Assembly: GCA_016870595.1 (NCBI GenBank)
Contig: VGBI01000001.1
Coordinates: 3,469-67,468 of the forward strand
Origin: Actinomycetota bacterium
GTDB taxonomy: Bacteria; Actinomycetota; Acidimicrobiia; IMCC26256; PALSA-555
Direction: 5' to 3'
DNA: 64,000 nt
The notes below the pieces were generated by a model. The model did not search any database. It saw only the letters and a list, made by a program, of their open reading frames with translations, and was not told the origin of the DNA. The translations under genes and the position numbers were made by a program. Positions 1 to 9,203 of the stretch are shown here, in pieces (the stretch's first letter is position 1; the number at the start of each line of letters is the position of its first letter).

Positions 1-166
1 CTCGAGCCCGGCCACGCCTTCGTCTCGGTAGCGGCGCCACCACTTGTGCGCGCACTGCCGCGAGATGCTCATCGACTCGGCCGCCGCTGCGACAGTCCAG
101 CCATCCGAGATTCGCTGGCAGCGACGGAGACGACCCTCCGGGGGTCAACGGAGCGTTACGGTGCAC
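1..166 (-). mobile_element. 5' part of an IS481-like transposase gene (HTH region), cut by the window edge and apparently frameshifted
   Basis: Minus-strand translation of 144..1 gives PPEGRLRRCQRISDGWTVAAAAESMSISRQCAHKWWRRYRDEGVAGLE, the HTH N-terminus I associate with IS481-family transposases. A GTG at 166-164 opens VHRNAPLTPGG in another frame. The two frames meet in the g/c run near 134-145. Confidence 0.5.
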
Positions 167-266
167 AGCGGCCGCCCTGGGCTTTGTGTGATGCCTTCGA
201 CAGCTCCACACTGGCCCAGGGGGCCATCTACTCAGCGGACGTCAACAACGTCCCAGAGCACAACAC

Positions 267-731
267 CTAGGACCCCGACAGCGTGCCGAGCGCCACCAGG
301 ATCACGTAGGCGATCCCGAGGCCGACCCAGACCCACCCGAGCACGATCCCGGCCACGGCCATCCCGCGCCCGCCCTGGGTTCCGTTCGACTTGTCGATCT
401 GGCCCTTCGAGATGTAGCCGAAGACCAGAGCCAGGATCGCCGGGATGCAGCACAGGAATCCGGTGATGCCCAGCACGAGCGCGGCCACGGCCATGCCGTT
501 GGCCTTGGGGGCCGCCGGGGCGCCGTAGGCCGGTCCGCCGTACGGCGCGGGCGGCACCGCCGGGCCACCGGGCGGGGGCGGCGGCGGGGGAGGTGCCGCC
601 GGACCCGGAGGCGGAGGCGGAGGCGGAGGCGGCGGAGGCGGAGGCGGCGGAGGTGCCGCCGGACCCGGAGGCGGCGGGGGTGGCGGAGGCGGCGGAACTG
701 CGGGCTCGGTCGGCTCAGTGGGATCGGTCAT
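267..731 (-). CDS. small membrane protein, DUF4190-like two-TM C-terminus behind a polyproline N-terminus
   Basis: 154-aa ORF. C-terminus GMAVAALVLGITGFLCCIPAILALVFGYISKGQI...GMAVAGIVLGWVWVGLGIAYVILV is hydrophobic and DUF4190-like. The N-terminus has runs of 10, 16 and 8 consecutive Pro. Confidence 0.7.
   Translation of the reverse strand: MTDPTEPTEPAVPPPPPPPPPPGPAAPPPPPPPPPPPPPPPPGPAAPPPPPPPPGGPAVPPAPYGGPAYGAPAAPKANGMAVAALVLGITGFLCCIPAILALVFGYISKGQIDKSNGTQGGRGMAVAGIVLGWVWVGLGIAYVILVALGTLSGS
591..674. repeat. 60-bp-spaced direct duplication inside the polyproline-coding tract
   Basis: aggtgccgccggacccggaggcgg occurs at 591-614 and again at 651-674. The sequence between them is (cgg/agg)n, which encodes Pro on the minus strand. 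Confidence 0.9.
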
Positions 732-744
732 CGGACGGCCTCCG

Positions 745-1428
745 TCATGGGGTGACGACCGGCTCGCCGTTCAGCGAGCGATACGCGTACGCGGTCGCCA
801 GGGCGGTGATGGGGTAGGTGAACAAGAGGCCGATGCAGCAGAGCAGGAACCCGACGATCGTGATGAGGAACAGCACGATCCCCAGGCCGAAGAGCTCCCA
901 GCGCCGGCCCTTGGTGATCTCCGCAGACCGGGAGAGCGCGGCGACTGCGCCGCCCGTGCCGCCCTCGCCCAGCACGTAGCCGTAGAACTGGAAGGCGATC
1001 ATGAAGATGATCCCTGGAACGACGAGCAGTATGAGCCCGATGGCCGCCCCGATCGAGAACAGGATCGATGCGATCAGGTAGGGACCGAAGTTGTCGCCCC
1101 GGAACAACATGGCGACCTCGGGCTTCTCGCCGCGGGTGACAGCGAGGGAGGCCCGGATCAGTCCGAACGCCACGAGCAGGCCGACGATCCAGGCAACGAC
1201 CGACAAGACGATCTGCAGCGCACTGTTCGACGGGATGTTGCCCAGCAGGTTCACCGCAACGGTCACCGCGATGATCACGACGGTGATCAGCAACATCGGT
1301 CCCGCATTGCGCCAGAAGGCGTTCCACCCGAACCCGACGGCGGCACCGACCGAGAACGGGGCCGCGCCGGAGACCGGCGAGTCACCGCCCATCGGAGGGG
1401 GTGGGGGCGGCGGCGGCATCTGCGACAA
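745..1428 (-). CDS. polytopic integral membrane protein of unknown function (DUF975-like?)
   Basis: 227-aa ORF with about 5 long hydrophobic segments and an N-terminal MSQMPPPPPPPPMGG. Same strand as 267..731 and 14 nt upstream of it. Confidence 0.6.
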   Translation of the reverse strand: MSQMPPPPPPPPMGGDSPVSGAAPFSVGAAVGFGWNAFWRNAGPMLLITVVIIAVTVAVNLLGNIPSNSALQIVLSVVAWIVGLLVAFGLIRASLAVTRGEKPEVAMLFRGDNFGPYLIASILFSIGAAIGLILLVVPGIIFMIAFQFYGYVLGEGGTGGAVAALSRSAEITKGRRWELFGLGIVLFLITIVGFLLCCIGLLFTYPITALATAYAYRSLNGEPVVTP

Positions 1429-1479
1429 TAGGTCTCCCAGGGAGCGGGTCGGCGAGGGCGACGAGAGCGGTGATTCTGC

Positions 1480-1806
1480 TCAGAGGGGTCGTCCGGTGGC
1501 AAGTTTGAACAACTGGTACGCCCAGAGCGCGGCGACCACCACTGCGATCGTCCACACCGGGATGCGGATCCGCTCGACCTTCCAGGCGACGACGAGCAGC
1601 ACGGCCAGCACGAGGACGAGGATCGACGCGGGGTTGAGCGTGATGGCCGCGCCGAGGTCGCCGTGGATCGCAGCGATGACCCCGCGGGTGGACCCGCAGA
1701 ACGGGCACGGGATGCCGGTTACGGTCCGCAGCGGACACGGCGGGACGGGATCGATCGGCGAGACCGACAGGAACACCGCCGCGGGCACCAAGGCGAGGCC
1801 GACCAT
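1480..1806 (-). CDS. DUF2752-like small membrane protein
   Basis: Motif CPLRTVTGIPCPFCGSTRGVIAAIHGDL followed by two TM segments. The ORF-track start (1932) overlaps the thiolase gene, so the internal ATG at 1806 (MVGLALVPAAVF...) is preferred. Confidence 0.6.
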   Translation of the reverse strand: MVGLALVPAAVFLSVSPIDPVPPCPLRTVTGIPCPFCGSTRGVIAAIHGDLGAAITLNPASILVLVLAVLLVVAWKVERIRIPVWTIAVVVAALWAYQLFKLATGRPL

Positions 1807-1894
1807 GCGCCAGGGCGCGAGCGGGACTTCGGTGGCGGCGTTCCAGCGCACGACGCGAGCGTAAACCGTGCGGCGGGAGTACGGGGCCGGGGGT

Positions 1895-3091
1895 CTAGAG
1901 CGCCCGGACCAGCGCGGCGTCGCCCTGCCCACCGCCCCCGCAGAGGGCGGCCGCCCCGAGGCCCCCGCCGCGACGACGGAGCTCGTTGATCAGGGTGCTG
2001 ACGACCCGGGCGCCCGACATGCCGATCGGGTGGCCGAGGGCGATGGCCCCACCGTTGACGTTGACGATGCCGTCGGTGATGCCCAGGTCGCGCATGGCGG
2101 CGAGGCCGACGGCGGCGAACGCCTCGTTGAGCTCGAACAGGTCGATGTCGGAGACCTTGCCGTCGATCGGCTCGAGCGCGCGCTTGATCGCCCGCGACGG
2201 CTGGGTGAGCAGCGAGGTGTCGGGCCCGGCGACCATCCCGAAGCTCACGACCTCGGCGATCGGGGTCACGCCGAGCTCGTCGGCCTTCTCGCGGCTCATC
2301 ATCACCAGCGCCGCCGCACCGTCGGAGATCTGCGACGCGTTGCCCGCGGTGATGGTGCCGTCGCGCTCGAACGCGGGGCGCAGCCCGGCGAGCGAGTCGG
2401 CCGTGGTCTCGGCGCGCACGCCCTCGTCGGTGGACACCACGACTGGGTCGCCCTTGCGCTGGGGGATCTCCACCGGAGTGATCTCGTCGGTGAAGCGACC
2501 CGCAGCCGCAGCCTCGGCGGCGCGGGCGTGGCTCTTGGCCGCGAGCTCGTCCTGGGCCTCACGGGTGATGCCACCGAACGACCCGCAGTAGCGCTCGGTG
2601 CCCGAGCCCATGTGCACGGCGTCGAAGGCGCACCAGAGACCGTCCTGGATCAGCGCGTCGAGCACCTCGCCGTTGCCCATGCGGTACCCGGCCCGGGCCT
2701 TGGGCAGGAGGTACGGCGCGTTGGTCATCGACTCCATGCCGCCGGCGACCACGACCTCGGCGTCGCCGGCCTGGATCATCTGGTCGGCGAGGTAGATCGC
2801 GTTGATGCCCGACAGGCACACCTTGTTGATGGTGATCGCCGGGGTCGTCATCGGGATGCCGGCCTGGAGCGCGGCCTGACGCGCGGTGATCTGTCCCTGA
2901 CCGGCCTGGAGCACCTGCCCCATCACGACGTAGTCGACCTGCTCGGGCCCCACGCCGCCGCGCCCGAGCGCGCCGCCGATGGCGATCCCCCCGAGGTCCA
3001 TCGCGGTGAACCCGGCGAGGGCACCGGAGAACTTCCCGATCGGGGTGCGGGCGGTCGAGACGATCACGGAGCCGGACATGCGGTCCTCCAA
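1895..3091 (-). CDS. acetyl-CoA C-acetyltransferase (thiolase II)
   Basis: 398 aa. Motifs VIVSTARTPIGKF, NKVCLSGINAI (active-site Cys), GHPIGMSGAR and CGGGGQG. Confidence 0.9.
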   Translation of the reverse strand: MEDRMSGSVIVSTARTPIGKFSGALAGFTAMDLGGIAIGGALGRGGVGPEQVDYVVMGQVLQAGQGQITARQAALQAGIPMTTPAITINKVCLSGINAIYLADQMIQAGDAEVVVAGGMESMTNAPYLLPKARAGYRMGNGEVLDALIQDGLWCAFDAVHMGSGTERYCGSFGGITREAQDELAAKSHARAAEAAAAGRFTDEITPVEIPQRKGDPVVVSTDEGVRAETTADSLAGLRPAFERDGTITAGNASQISDGAAALVMMSREKADELGVTPIAEVVSFGMVAGPDTSLLTQPSRAIKRALEPIDGKVSDIDLFELNEAFAAVGLAAMRDLGITDGIVNVNGGAIALGHPIGMSGARVVSTLINELRRRGGGLGAAALCGGGGQGDAALVRAL

Positions 3092-3189
3092 GAGGCCGCC
3101 CGGGGTGCGGGCGAGCGGGCGTGGGGAAATCGGAGCGCGGATGCTAGCCCTCTCGGATCAGGGGTTCCTCACGGGTAACTTGCGGGCCC

Positions 3190-4545
3190 ATGACCTCCGC
3201 GCCCGAAGTCGCCGCCATTCGCCAGGCCGTGCTCGACGGGGCCCCCGGCCCCGAGCTCGGCGCCCTCGCCCTCCCCGCCGCCTACCGCGGCGCGGTGGTG
3301 CGGGCCGACGAGCAGGACATGTGGGTGGGGGTGCCGTCCGAGGAGAAGGACCCCCGGCGCTCACTGCACCTCGACGAGGTGCCGCTGCCCGAGCTCGCGC
3401 CCGACGAGGCCTACGTCGCGGTGATGGCGTCGTCGATCAACTTCAACACCGTGTGGACGTCAATCTTCGAGCCGGTGTCCACCTTCGGCTTCCTCGGGCG
3501 TCTGGGCCGCGAGAGCGTGTGGGGCGCCCGCCACGACCAGCCGTATCACGTGGTGGGCAGCGACGCCGCCGGGGTCGTGCTGCGGGTCGGATCCGCGGTG
3601 CGCAACTGGCGCCCGGGCGACGCCGTGACGCTCCACTGCAACCACGTCGACGACCAGGACCCGACCGCCCACGACGACTCCATGCTCGCGGCGAACCAGC
3701 GCATCTGGGGCTACGAGACCAACTTCGGCGGCCTGGCGGAGATCACGGTGGTGAAGGCCAACCAGCTGATGCCCAAGCCGGCCCACCTCACCTGGGAGGA
3801 GGCGGCGGTCAACGCGCTCTGCAACTCCACCAGCTACCGCATGCTTGTGAGTCCCAACGGCGCGCAGATGACGCAGGGGCAGACCGTGCTCATCTGGGGC
3901 GCCAGCGGTGGGATCGGCGCCTACGCGTGCCAGTACGTGCTCAACGGCGGCGGCGTCCCGGTGGCGGTGGTGTCGTCGCCGGAGCGGGCTGCGCTCCTGC
4001 ACGAGATGGGCGTGGAGCATGTGATCGACCGCAAGGCCGAGGGCTACCGGTTCTGGACCGACGAGGGGACTCAGGACCCGGCGGAGTGGCGGCGCCTCGG
4101 CAAGAAGATCCGCGAGCTCGTCGGGGTGGACCCCGAGATCGTGTTCGAGCACCCGGGCCGCTCCACCATGGGCGCGTCGGTGTTCGTGTGCGCGCGCGGC
4201 GGGCAGATCATCACGTGCGCCGCGACCAGCGGGTTCATGATCGAGTACGACAACCGCTACCTCTGGATGAACCAGAAGGCGCTCAAGGGCTGCCACTTCG
4301 CGAACTACCGCGAGGCCTGGGAGGCGAACCGCCTCGTCTGCGAGGGTCGGATCCACCCGACGATGTCGGCGGTGTTCCCGTTCGAGCAGGCTGCCGAGGC
4401 CGCGTACCAGGTCCACCACAACCTGCACGAGGGCAAACTGGGCGTTCTCGTGCTCGCCCCGGCGGAAGGGCTCGGAGTCACCGACCCCGAGACCCGCGAG
4501 CGCCTCCTGCCCCAGATCACCCTGTTCGGCCGCCACGGCGGCTGA
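3190..4545 (+). CDS. ccr: crotonyl-CoA carboxylase/reductase
   Basis: 451 aa, MDR fold with the long N-terminal extension. Motifs SSINFNTVWTSIFEPVSTF, IWGYETNFGGLAE and LIWGASGGIGAYACQ match my memory of Ccr enzymes. Neighbours (epimerase, MeaA-type mutase, thiolase, hbd) fit this assignment. Confidence 0.8.
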   Translation: MTSAPEVAAIRQAVLDGAPGPELGALALPAAYRGAVVRADEQDMWVGVPSEEKDPRRSLHLDEVPLPELAPDEAYVAVMASSINFNTVWTSIFEPVSTFGFLGRLGRESVWGARHDQPYHVVGSDAAGVVLRVGSAVRNWRPGDAVTLHCNHVDDQDPTAHDDSMLAANQRIWGYETNFGGLAEITVVKANQLMPKPAHLTWEEAAVNALCNSTSYRMLVSPNGAQMTQGQTVLIWGASGGIGAYACQYVLNGGGVPVAVVSSPERAALLHEMGVEHVIDRKAEGYRFWTDEGTQDPAEWRRLGKKIRELVGVDPEIVFEHPGRSTMGASVFVCARGGQIITCAATSGFMIEYDNRYLWMNQKALKGCHFANYREAWEANRLVCEGRIHPTMSAVFPFEQAAEAAYQVHHNLHEGKLGVLVLAPAEGLGVTDPETRERLLPQITLFGRHGG

Positions 4546-4632
4546 TCCCGTCCCGCCACCCGTCCCCCGGCCCCGCAGTCCCGCCCAGTCCCCCCCAGCC
4601 CCGCAGTCCCGCCCAGTCCCGAGGAGGCCGCC

Positions 4633-5046
4633 ATGCCCGCCGAGCCCGTGCTGACCGAGATCGACCACGTCGCCATCGCCGTGCGGGACCTCGACGCCGC
4701 CGTCGCCTACTACGAGGCCGCGTACGGCGTGGAGGTCGAGCACCGTGAGACCGTGGAGCGCGACGGGGTCGAGGAGGCCCTCCTCCGGGTGGCCGACTCC
4801 TACGTGCAGCTCCTCACGCCGACCCGTGACGACTCGCCGGTCGCGAAGTGGATGGAGAAGCGCGGCGAGGGGATCCACCACGTGGGCTACCGGGTCGACG
4901 ACTGCGCGGTGGCGCTCGAGCGGGTCAAGGCCCAGGGTCACCAGGTCATCGACGACGCGCCCCGACCGGGGAGCCGGGGGACAACGGTGGCGTTCATCCA
5001 CCCGAAGACCGCCTTCGGCACGCTGATCGAGCTCGTGCAGGAATAG
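4633..5046 (+). CDS. mce: methylmalonyl-/ethylmalonyl-CoA epimerase (VOC fold)
   Basis: 137 aa. Motifs IDHVAIAVRDLD, GEGIHHVGYRVDD and AFIHPKTAFGTLIELVQ. SD-like gaggagg lies 6 nt upstream of the ATG. Confidence 0.85.
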   Translation: MPAEPVLTEIDHVAIAVRDLDAAVAYYEAAYGVEVEHRETVERDGVEEALLRVADSYVQLLTPTRDDSPVAKWMEKRGEGIHHVGYRVDDCAVALERVKAQGHQVIDDAPRPGSRGTTVAFIHPKTAFGTLIELVQE

Positions 5047-5190
5047 CGCGGCGGTAGTCCGGTCGCTTCGCTCGCCGATCTCTTCCTGGCGCTCGCCGAC
5101 CAGGACCTCCGGGGCTACAGCCTGGTCTACGAGCGCATCGCGCGTTCCTGCGCGGCCGACGCCGACCTGCTCACCTTCGTCGAGGCGAAC

Positions 5191-6204
5191 GTGCGCACCG
5201 ACGCCCGGCGGGGCCGGCTGCCGGTGCTGTTCCTCGCCGCGACCCACGACCTCGTGCTCGACGAGCCCGACTCCGACCTGGCCGCGATCTACCGAGGTGG
5301 CTCGGACGCCGACCCCTGGCCCGCCTTCCGCGAACTCGTCGACCGGCGGCGCCGCGACGTCGCCGACCGCCTGCAGACCCGTTCGGTGCAGACGAACGAG
5401 GTGGGCCGCTCGGCGCTCCTCGCACCGGCGCTGCGCGTGGCCGCCGGCACGCGCCCCGTCGCCCTGGTCGAGCTCGGGCCGAGCGCCGGGCTCAACCTGT
5501 TCCCCGACCGCTACCGCCTGGAGTATTGCGTCGCCGACCAGGTCGCCGACGGGGTGGCCGACGAGGTGGTCGCGGTGCTCGGCGACCCGACATCGCCGGT
5601 GACGGTCGGGTGCGCGCTCGTGGGGCCACACCGGCCGGACCTCGCCCCGGGACCGACACCGTCGGGGCTCCCCGACGTCGTGGCCCGCACCGGCGTGGAC
5701 CCGAACCCGCTCGACGTCGCCGACCCCGCCGACCGGCGGTGGCTGCGGGCCTGCCTCTGGCCCGGCGTACCCGAGCGGGCGACGGTGCTCGCCGGCGCAC
5801 TCGACCTGGTCGCCCCGACGCCCCCCGACCTGCGGGCGGGCGACGCCGCCGATGCCCTCGAGCCCCTGGTCGCCGAGGTCGCCGCTGCGGTCGGGCCCGA
5901 TGCGCTCGTGGTGGTGGTGGCCACGTGGGCCCTCACCTACCTCCCGGCTGCGGGCCGTGAGGCCGTGCTCGCCGGGCTCGACCGGCGGGGCGCCGACCAC
6001 GATCTCGCCCTCGTCACCTTCGAGGAGCCCCGCTGCACCCCGTGGGTGCCGGCGCCCGACCCGGGCCTTGCGGTCGCGGCCGGGGGCACCGCCACCGTGC
6101 TCGGCCTGCGGACCTGGACCCGGGGGGTCGTCGGCGCCCGGGCCCTCGCCTACGCGCATCCCCACGGGCGCCGCCTGGCCTGGGCCCCGGCGCCCGAGGA
6201 CTGA
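5191..6204 (+). CDS. DUF2332-like protein (5' end probably extends to about 5050-5070)
   Basis: 337-aa ORF from the first GTG, with LVELGPSAGLNLFPDRYRLEY and ATWALTYLP motifs. Family-like sequence (LADLFLALADQDLRGYSLVYERIARSCAADADLL) continues upstream of 5191 with no canonical start. Confidence 0.7.
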   Translation: MRTDARRGRLPVLFLAATHDLVLDEPDSDLAAIYRGGSDADPWPAFRELVDRRRRDVADRLQTRSVQTNEVGRSALLAPALRVAAGTRPVALVELGPSAGLNLFPDRYRLEYCVADQVADGVADEVVAVLGDPTSPVTVGCALVGPHRPDLAPGPTPSGLPDVVARTGVDPNPLDVADPADRRWLRACLWPGVPERATVLAGALDLVAPTPPDLRAGDAADALEPLVAEVAAAVGPDALVVVVATWALTYLPAAGREAVLAGLDRRGADHDLALVTFEEPRCTPWVPAPDPGLAVAAGGTATVLGLRTWTRGVVGARALAYAHPHGRRLAWAPAPED

Positions 6205-6234
6205 GCCCCGACCCCGAGCCCCGACCCCGTCGGG

Positions 6235-7842
6235 GTGGCACCGGTCGCCACTACGCTGCGGCGCGTGGCGATCGAGGACCCGGCGACCCCCCATCCGATC
6301 GAGGAGCGGCTCGAGCAGCTCGCCGCCCTGCGCGAGGAGGCGCTGCACGCCGGGAGCCCGGCGGCGGTCGAGCGCCAGCACGCCCGGGGCAAGCTCACCG
6401 CCCGGGAGCGGCTCGAGCGCCTGCTCGACCCCGGCTCGTTCGTGGAGCTCGACATGCTGGCCCGGCACCGGGCCCACGGCTTCGGCATCGAGGAGACCCG
6501 GCCGCTGACCGACGGCATCGTCACCGGCTGGGGGACCATCGACGGGCGCAAGGTCTTCGTGTTCGCCCAGGACTTCACCGTGTTCGGCGGGGCCCTCGGC
6601 GAGGTGTTCGCCGAGAAGATCCACAAGGTGATGGACCTCGCCGAGTCGGTGGGCTGCCCGATGATCGGCCTCAACGACGGCGCCGGCGCCCGCATCCAGG
6701 AAGGCGTCGTCGCGCTCGACGCCTACGGCGGCATCTTCTTCCGCAACGTCAAGGCGTCGGGCGTGATCCCGCAGATCAGCGTGATCCTCGGCCCCTGCGC
6801 CGGCGGTGCCGTCTACTCGCCCGCGCTCACCGACTTCATCTTCATGGTGAAGGGCACGTCGCACATGTTCATCACCGGCCCCGACGTCGTGAAGACCGTC
6901 ACCGGGGAGGACGTCACCCAGGAGGAGCTCGGCGGCGCGATGACCCACGCGTCGAAGTCGGGCGTGTGCACCTTCGTCGCCGATGACGAGGACGCCTGCC
7001 TCGAGCAGGTCCGCTACCTGCTGTCGTTCCTGCCCCAGAACAACCTCGAGGACCCGCCGTACTGCCCGCCCGCCGACCTGCCCGACCGGCGCTGCGACGG
7101 CATCGTGCGCCTGATCCCCGACTCGCCGAACCAGCCCTACGACATCAAGGCGGTGGTCGCCCAGATCGTCGACGACGGCGAGTTCTTCGAGGTGCAGCCG
7201 TTCTTCGCCATGAACATCGTGTGCGGCTTCGCCCGGATCGACGGGCACGTCGTGGGCGTCGTGGGCAACCAGCCCCAGATCCTCGCCGGCACGCTCGACA
7301 TCGACGCGTCCGAGAAGGCGGCGCGCTTCGTGCGCACCTGCGACGCGTTCAACGTCCCGCTGGTCACGTTCGTCGACGTGCCCGGGTTCCTCCCCGGCAC
7401 CGACCAGGAGTACGGCGGCATCATCCGCCACGGGGCCAAGCTGCTCTACGCCTACTGCGAGGCCACCGTCCCCCGGGTCCAGGTGATCACCCGCAAGGCC
7501 TACGGCGGCGCCTACGTGGTCATGAACTCCAAGTCGATCGGCGCCGACCTCGCCTTCGCGTGGCCGTCGGCCGAGATCGCGGTGATGGGCTCCCAGGGTG
7601 CGGTCAACGTGATCTTCCGCAAGGAGATCGCCGCGGCCGACGACCCCGACGTCCGCCGCACCGAGCTGATCGACGAGTACACCGAGCGCTTCGCCAACCC
7701 CTACGGCGCCGCCGAGCGGGGCTACGTCGACGACGTCATCGACCCCCGCGACACCCGGATCGTGCTGGTGAAGGCGCTCGACCTCCTGCGCACCAAGCGC
7801 GAGCAGCTCCCCGCCCGCAAGCACGGCAACGTGCCGCTGTAG
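6235..7842 (+). CDS. pccB: acyl-CoA (propionyl-CoA type) carboxylase, carboxyltransferase beta subunit
   Basis: 535 aa. Motifs [27 protein letters not shown] and [15 protein letters not shown], plus a second CT half with [14 protein letters not shown]. Confidence 0.9.
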   Translation: MAPVATTLRRVAIEDPATPHPIEERLEQLAALREEALHAGSPAAVERQHARGKLTARERLERLLDPGSFVELDMLARHRAHGFGIEETRPLTDGIVTGWGTIDGRKVFVFAQDFTVFGGALGEVFAEKIHKVMDLAESVGCPMIGLNDGAGARIQEGVVALDAYGGIFFRNVKASGVIPQISVILGPCAGGAVYSPALTDFIFMVKGTSHMFITGPDVVKTVTGEDVTQEELGGAMTHASKSGVCTFVADDEDACLEQVRYLLSFLPQNNLEDPPYCPPADLPDRRCDGIVRLIPDSPNQPYDIKAVVAQIVDDGEFFEVQPFFAMNIVCGFARIDGHVVGVVGNQPQILAGTLDIDASEKAARFVRTCDAFNVPLVTFVDVPGFLPGTDQEYGGIIRHGAKLLYAYCEATVPRVQVITRKAYGGAYVVMNSKSIGADLAFAWPSAEIAVMGSQGAVNVIFRKEIAAADDPDVRRTELIDEYTERFANPYGAAERGYVDDVIDPRDTRIVLVKALDLLRTKREQLPARKHGNVPL

Positions 7843-7851
7843 GACGCCGTC

Positions 7852-8079
7852 GTGACCGGACCCGTCCTGCGCGCCATCAGCCCCGACGCCACCGCCGAGG
7901 AGATCGCGGCGATCCTCGCCGCGGTCACCGCGACGACGGCCGCGGGCGCGGTGCCGGCCGGGAACGACGACACGGTGCACGAGTGGGTCCGCAGCGCCCG
8001 CCTCGGCGCCCGGCGCACGGGGCTCCAGCGCGGGCCGTGGCGGCTCTCGGGCCGCATCGGTCGCCGCGCCCGGGCCTAG
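7852..8079 (+). CDS. acyl-CoA carboxylase epsilon subunit
   Basis: 75 aa, directly after the beta subunit. Has the typical ...EEIAAILAAV...HEW...RPGPWRLSGR-like pattern. Confidence 0.7.
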   Translation: MTGPVLRAISPDATAEEIAAILAAVTATTAAGAVPAGNDDTVHEWVRSARLGARRTGLQRGPWRLSGRIGRRARA

Positions 8080-8088
8080 GCCGCAGCG

Positions 8089-9198
8089 GTGGCGGTCGGC
8101 AACGCCGAGCTGTTCAGCGTCGGCCCCGACGAGATCGTGGTCACGGCGACCTCGGCGCCGGGCGACACGGTGGTGGTCGCCGTGGGGCCCCACGAGGTCA
8201 CCTCGACCGGGCCCCGCCACCACCTCCGGGTGACCGGCCTGACCCCGGGCACCGAGTACCCGCTGACGGTGGCGGGGGCAGCGGTCCACGCCGCGCTGCC
8301 GGCCACGGTGACGACCCTCCCGCTCCCGCCCGGCCGCCGTCTCGCCACCGTGACGACCGCCAACGACGTGCACTTCGGCGAGCGGGAGTGCGGCCACCTC
8401 GGACCGCCCCACGAGGACATCGGGCCATTCTTCGCGTCGCCCCCGGGTGCGCCGCCGTACTTCGAGACCATGAACGCGGCCGTGATCGCCGAGATGCAGG
8501 CCTGCGCCCCCGACGCCGTCGTGGTGAAGGGCGACCTCACCGACCATGGCACCGACGAGGAGTTCGCCGCGTTTCTCGCTGCGTACGGCGGGTTCGGGGA
8601 GCGCCTCGCCTTCGTGCGCGGCAACCACGACGCCATCACCGACCCGACGCTCGCGATCGAGGGTGCGCCGTACGCGATCGATGTCGCCGGGTGCATCCTC
8701 GCGGTGCTCGACACGGTCGAGCCGGGCCGGGCCGGCGGTCGCCTGACCGCCGACCAGGTGCAGTGGCTCGACGATCTCGCCGCCGCGACCCCCGATCCGA
8801 TCCTGGTGTTCGGCCACCACCACGTGTGGCCCACCGACTCGCCGACCCGACCCGACGACTACTTCGGGATCCGGCCCGCCGACAGCGAAGCGCTCGTGGC
8901 CGTGGTCGCGCGTCGCGAGAACATCGCCGGGTACTTCGCCGGGCACACGCACGGCAACCGGGTCTGGTGCGAGCCCGCGCGGGGGGTTCCGTTCGCGGAG
9001 GTGGGCACGACCAAGGACTACCCCGGCGCGTGGGCCGAGTACCGGATCCACGAGGGCGGCTACACGCAGATCGTCCGCCGAGTCGCCGCTCCGGCCGCGT
9101 TCGACTGGGCCGAGGAGACGTCGGTGCAGTACCTGGGCTGCTACCGCGAGCTCGCCCGGGGCACGCTCGCCGAGCGTTGCTTCACCCGGGTGCACTGA
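8089..9198 (+). CDS. metallophosphoesterase with N-terminal beta-sandwich (purple-acid-phosphatase-like)
   Basis: 369 aa. Motifs VKGDLTDHG, FVRGNHDA, FGHHHVWP and AGHTHGN. Confidence 0.75.
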   Translation: MAVGNAELFSVGPDEIVVTATSAPGDTVVVAVGPHEVTSTGPRHHLRVTGLTPGTEYPLTVAGAAVHAALPATVTTLPLPPGRRLATVTTANDVHFGERECGHLGPPHEDIGPFFASPPGAPPYFETMNAAVIAEMQACAPDAVVVKGDLTDHGTDEEFAAFLAAYGGFGERLAFVRGNHDAITDPTLAIEGAPYAIDVAGCILAVLDTVEPGRAGGRLTADQVQWLDDLAAATPDPILVFGHHHVWPTDSPTRPDDYFGIRPADSEALVAVVARRENIAGYFAGHTHGNRVWCEPARGVPFAEVGTTKDYPGAWAEYRIHEGGYTQIVRRVAAPAAFDWAEETSVQYLGCYRELARGTLAERCFTRVH

Positions 9199-9203
9199 CG
9201 TCG

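Noticed and set aside
7221-9203. 5' two-thirds of the 1070-aa plus-strand ORF 7221..10433
   Set aside because: Only the part from ATG 9204 shows CoA-transferase motifs. The upstream part overlaps pccB, the epsilon subunit and the phosphoesterase off-frame and is Arg-rich.
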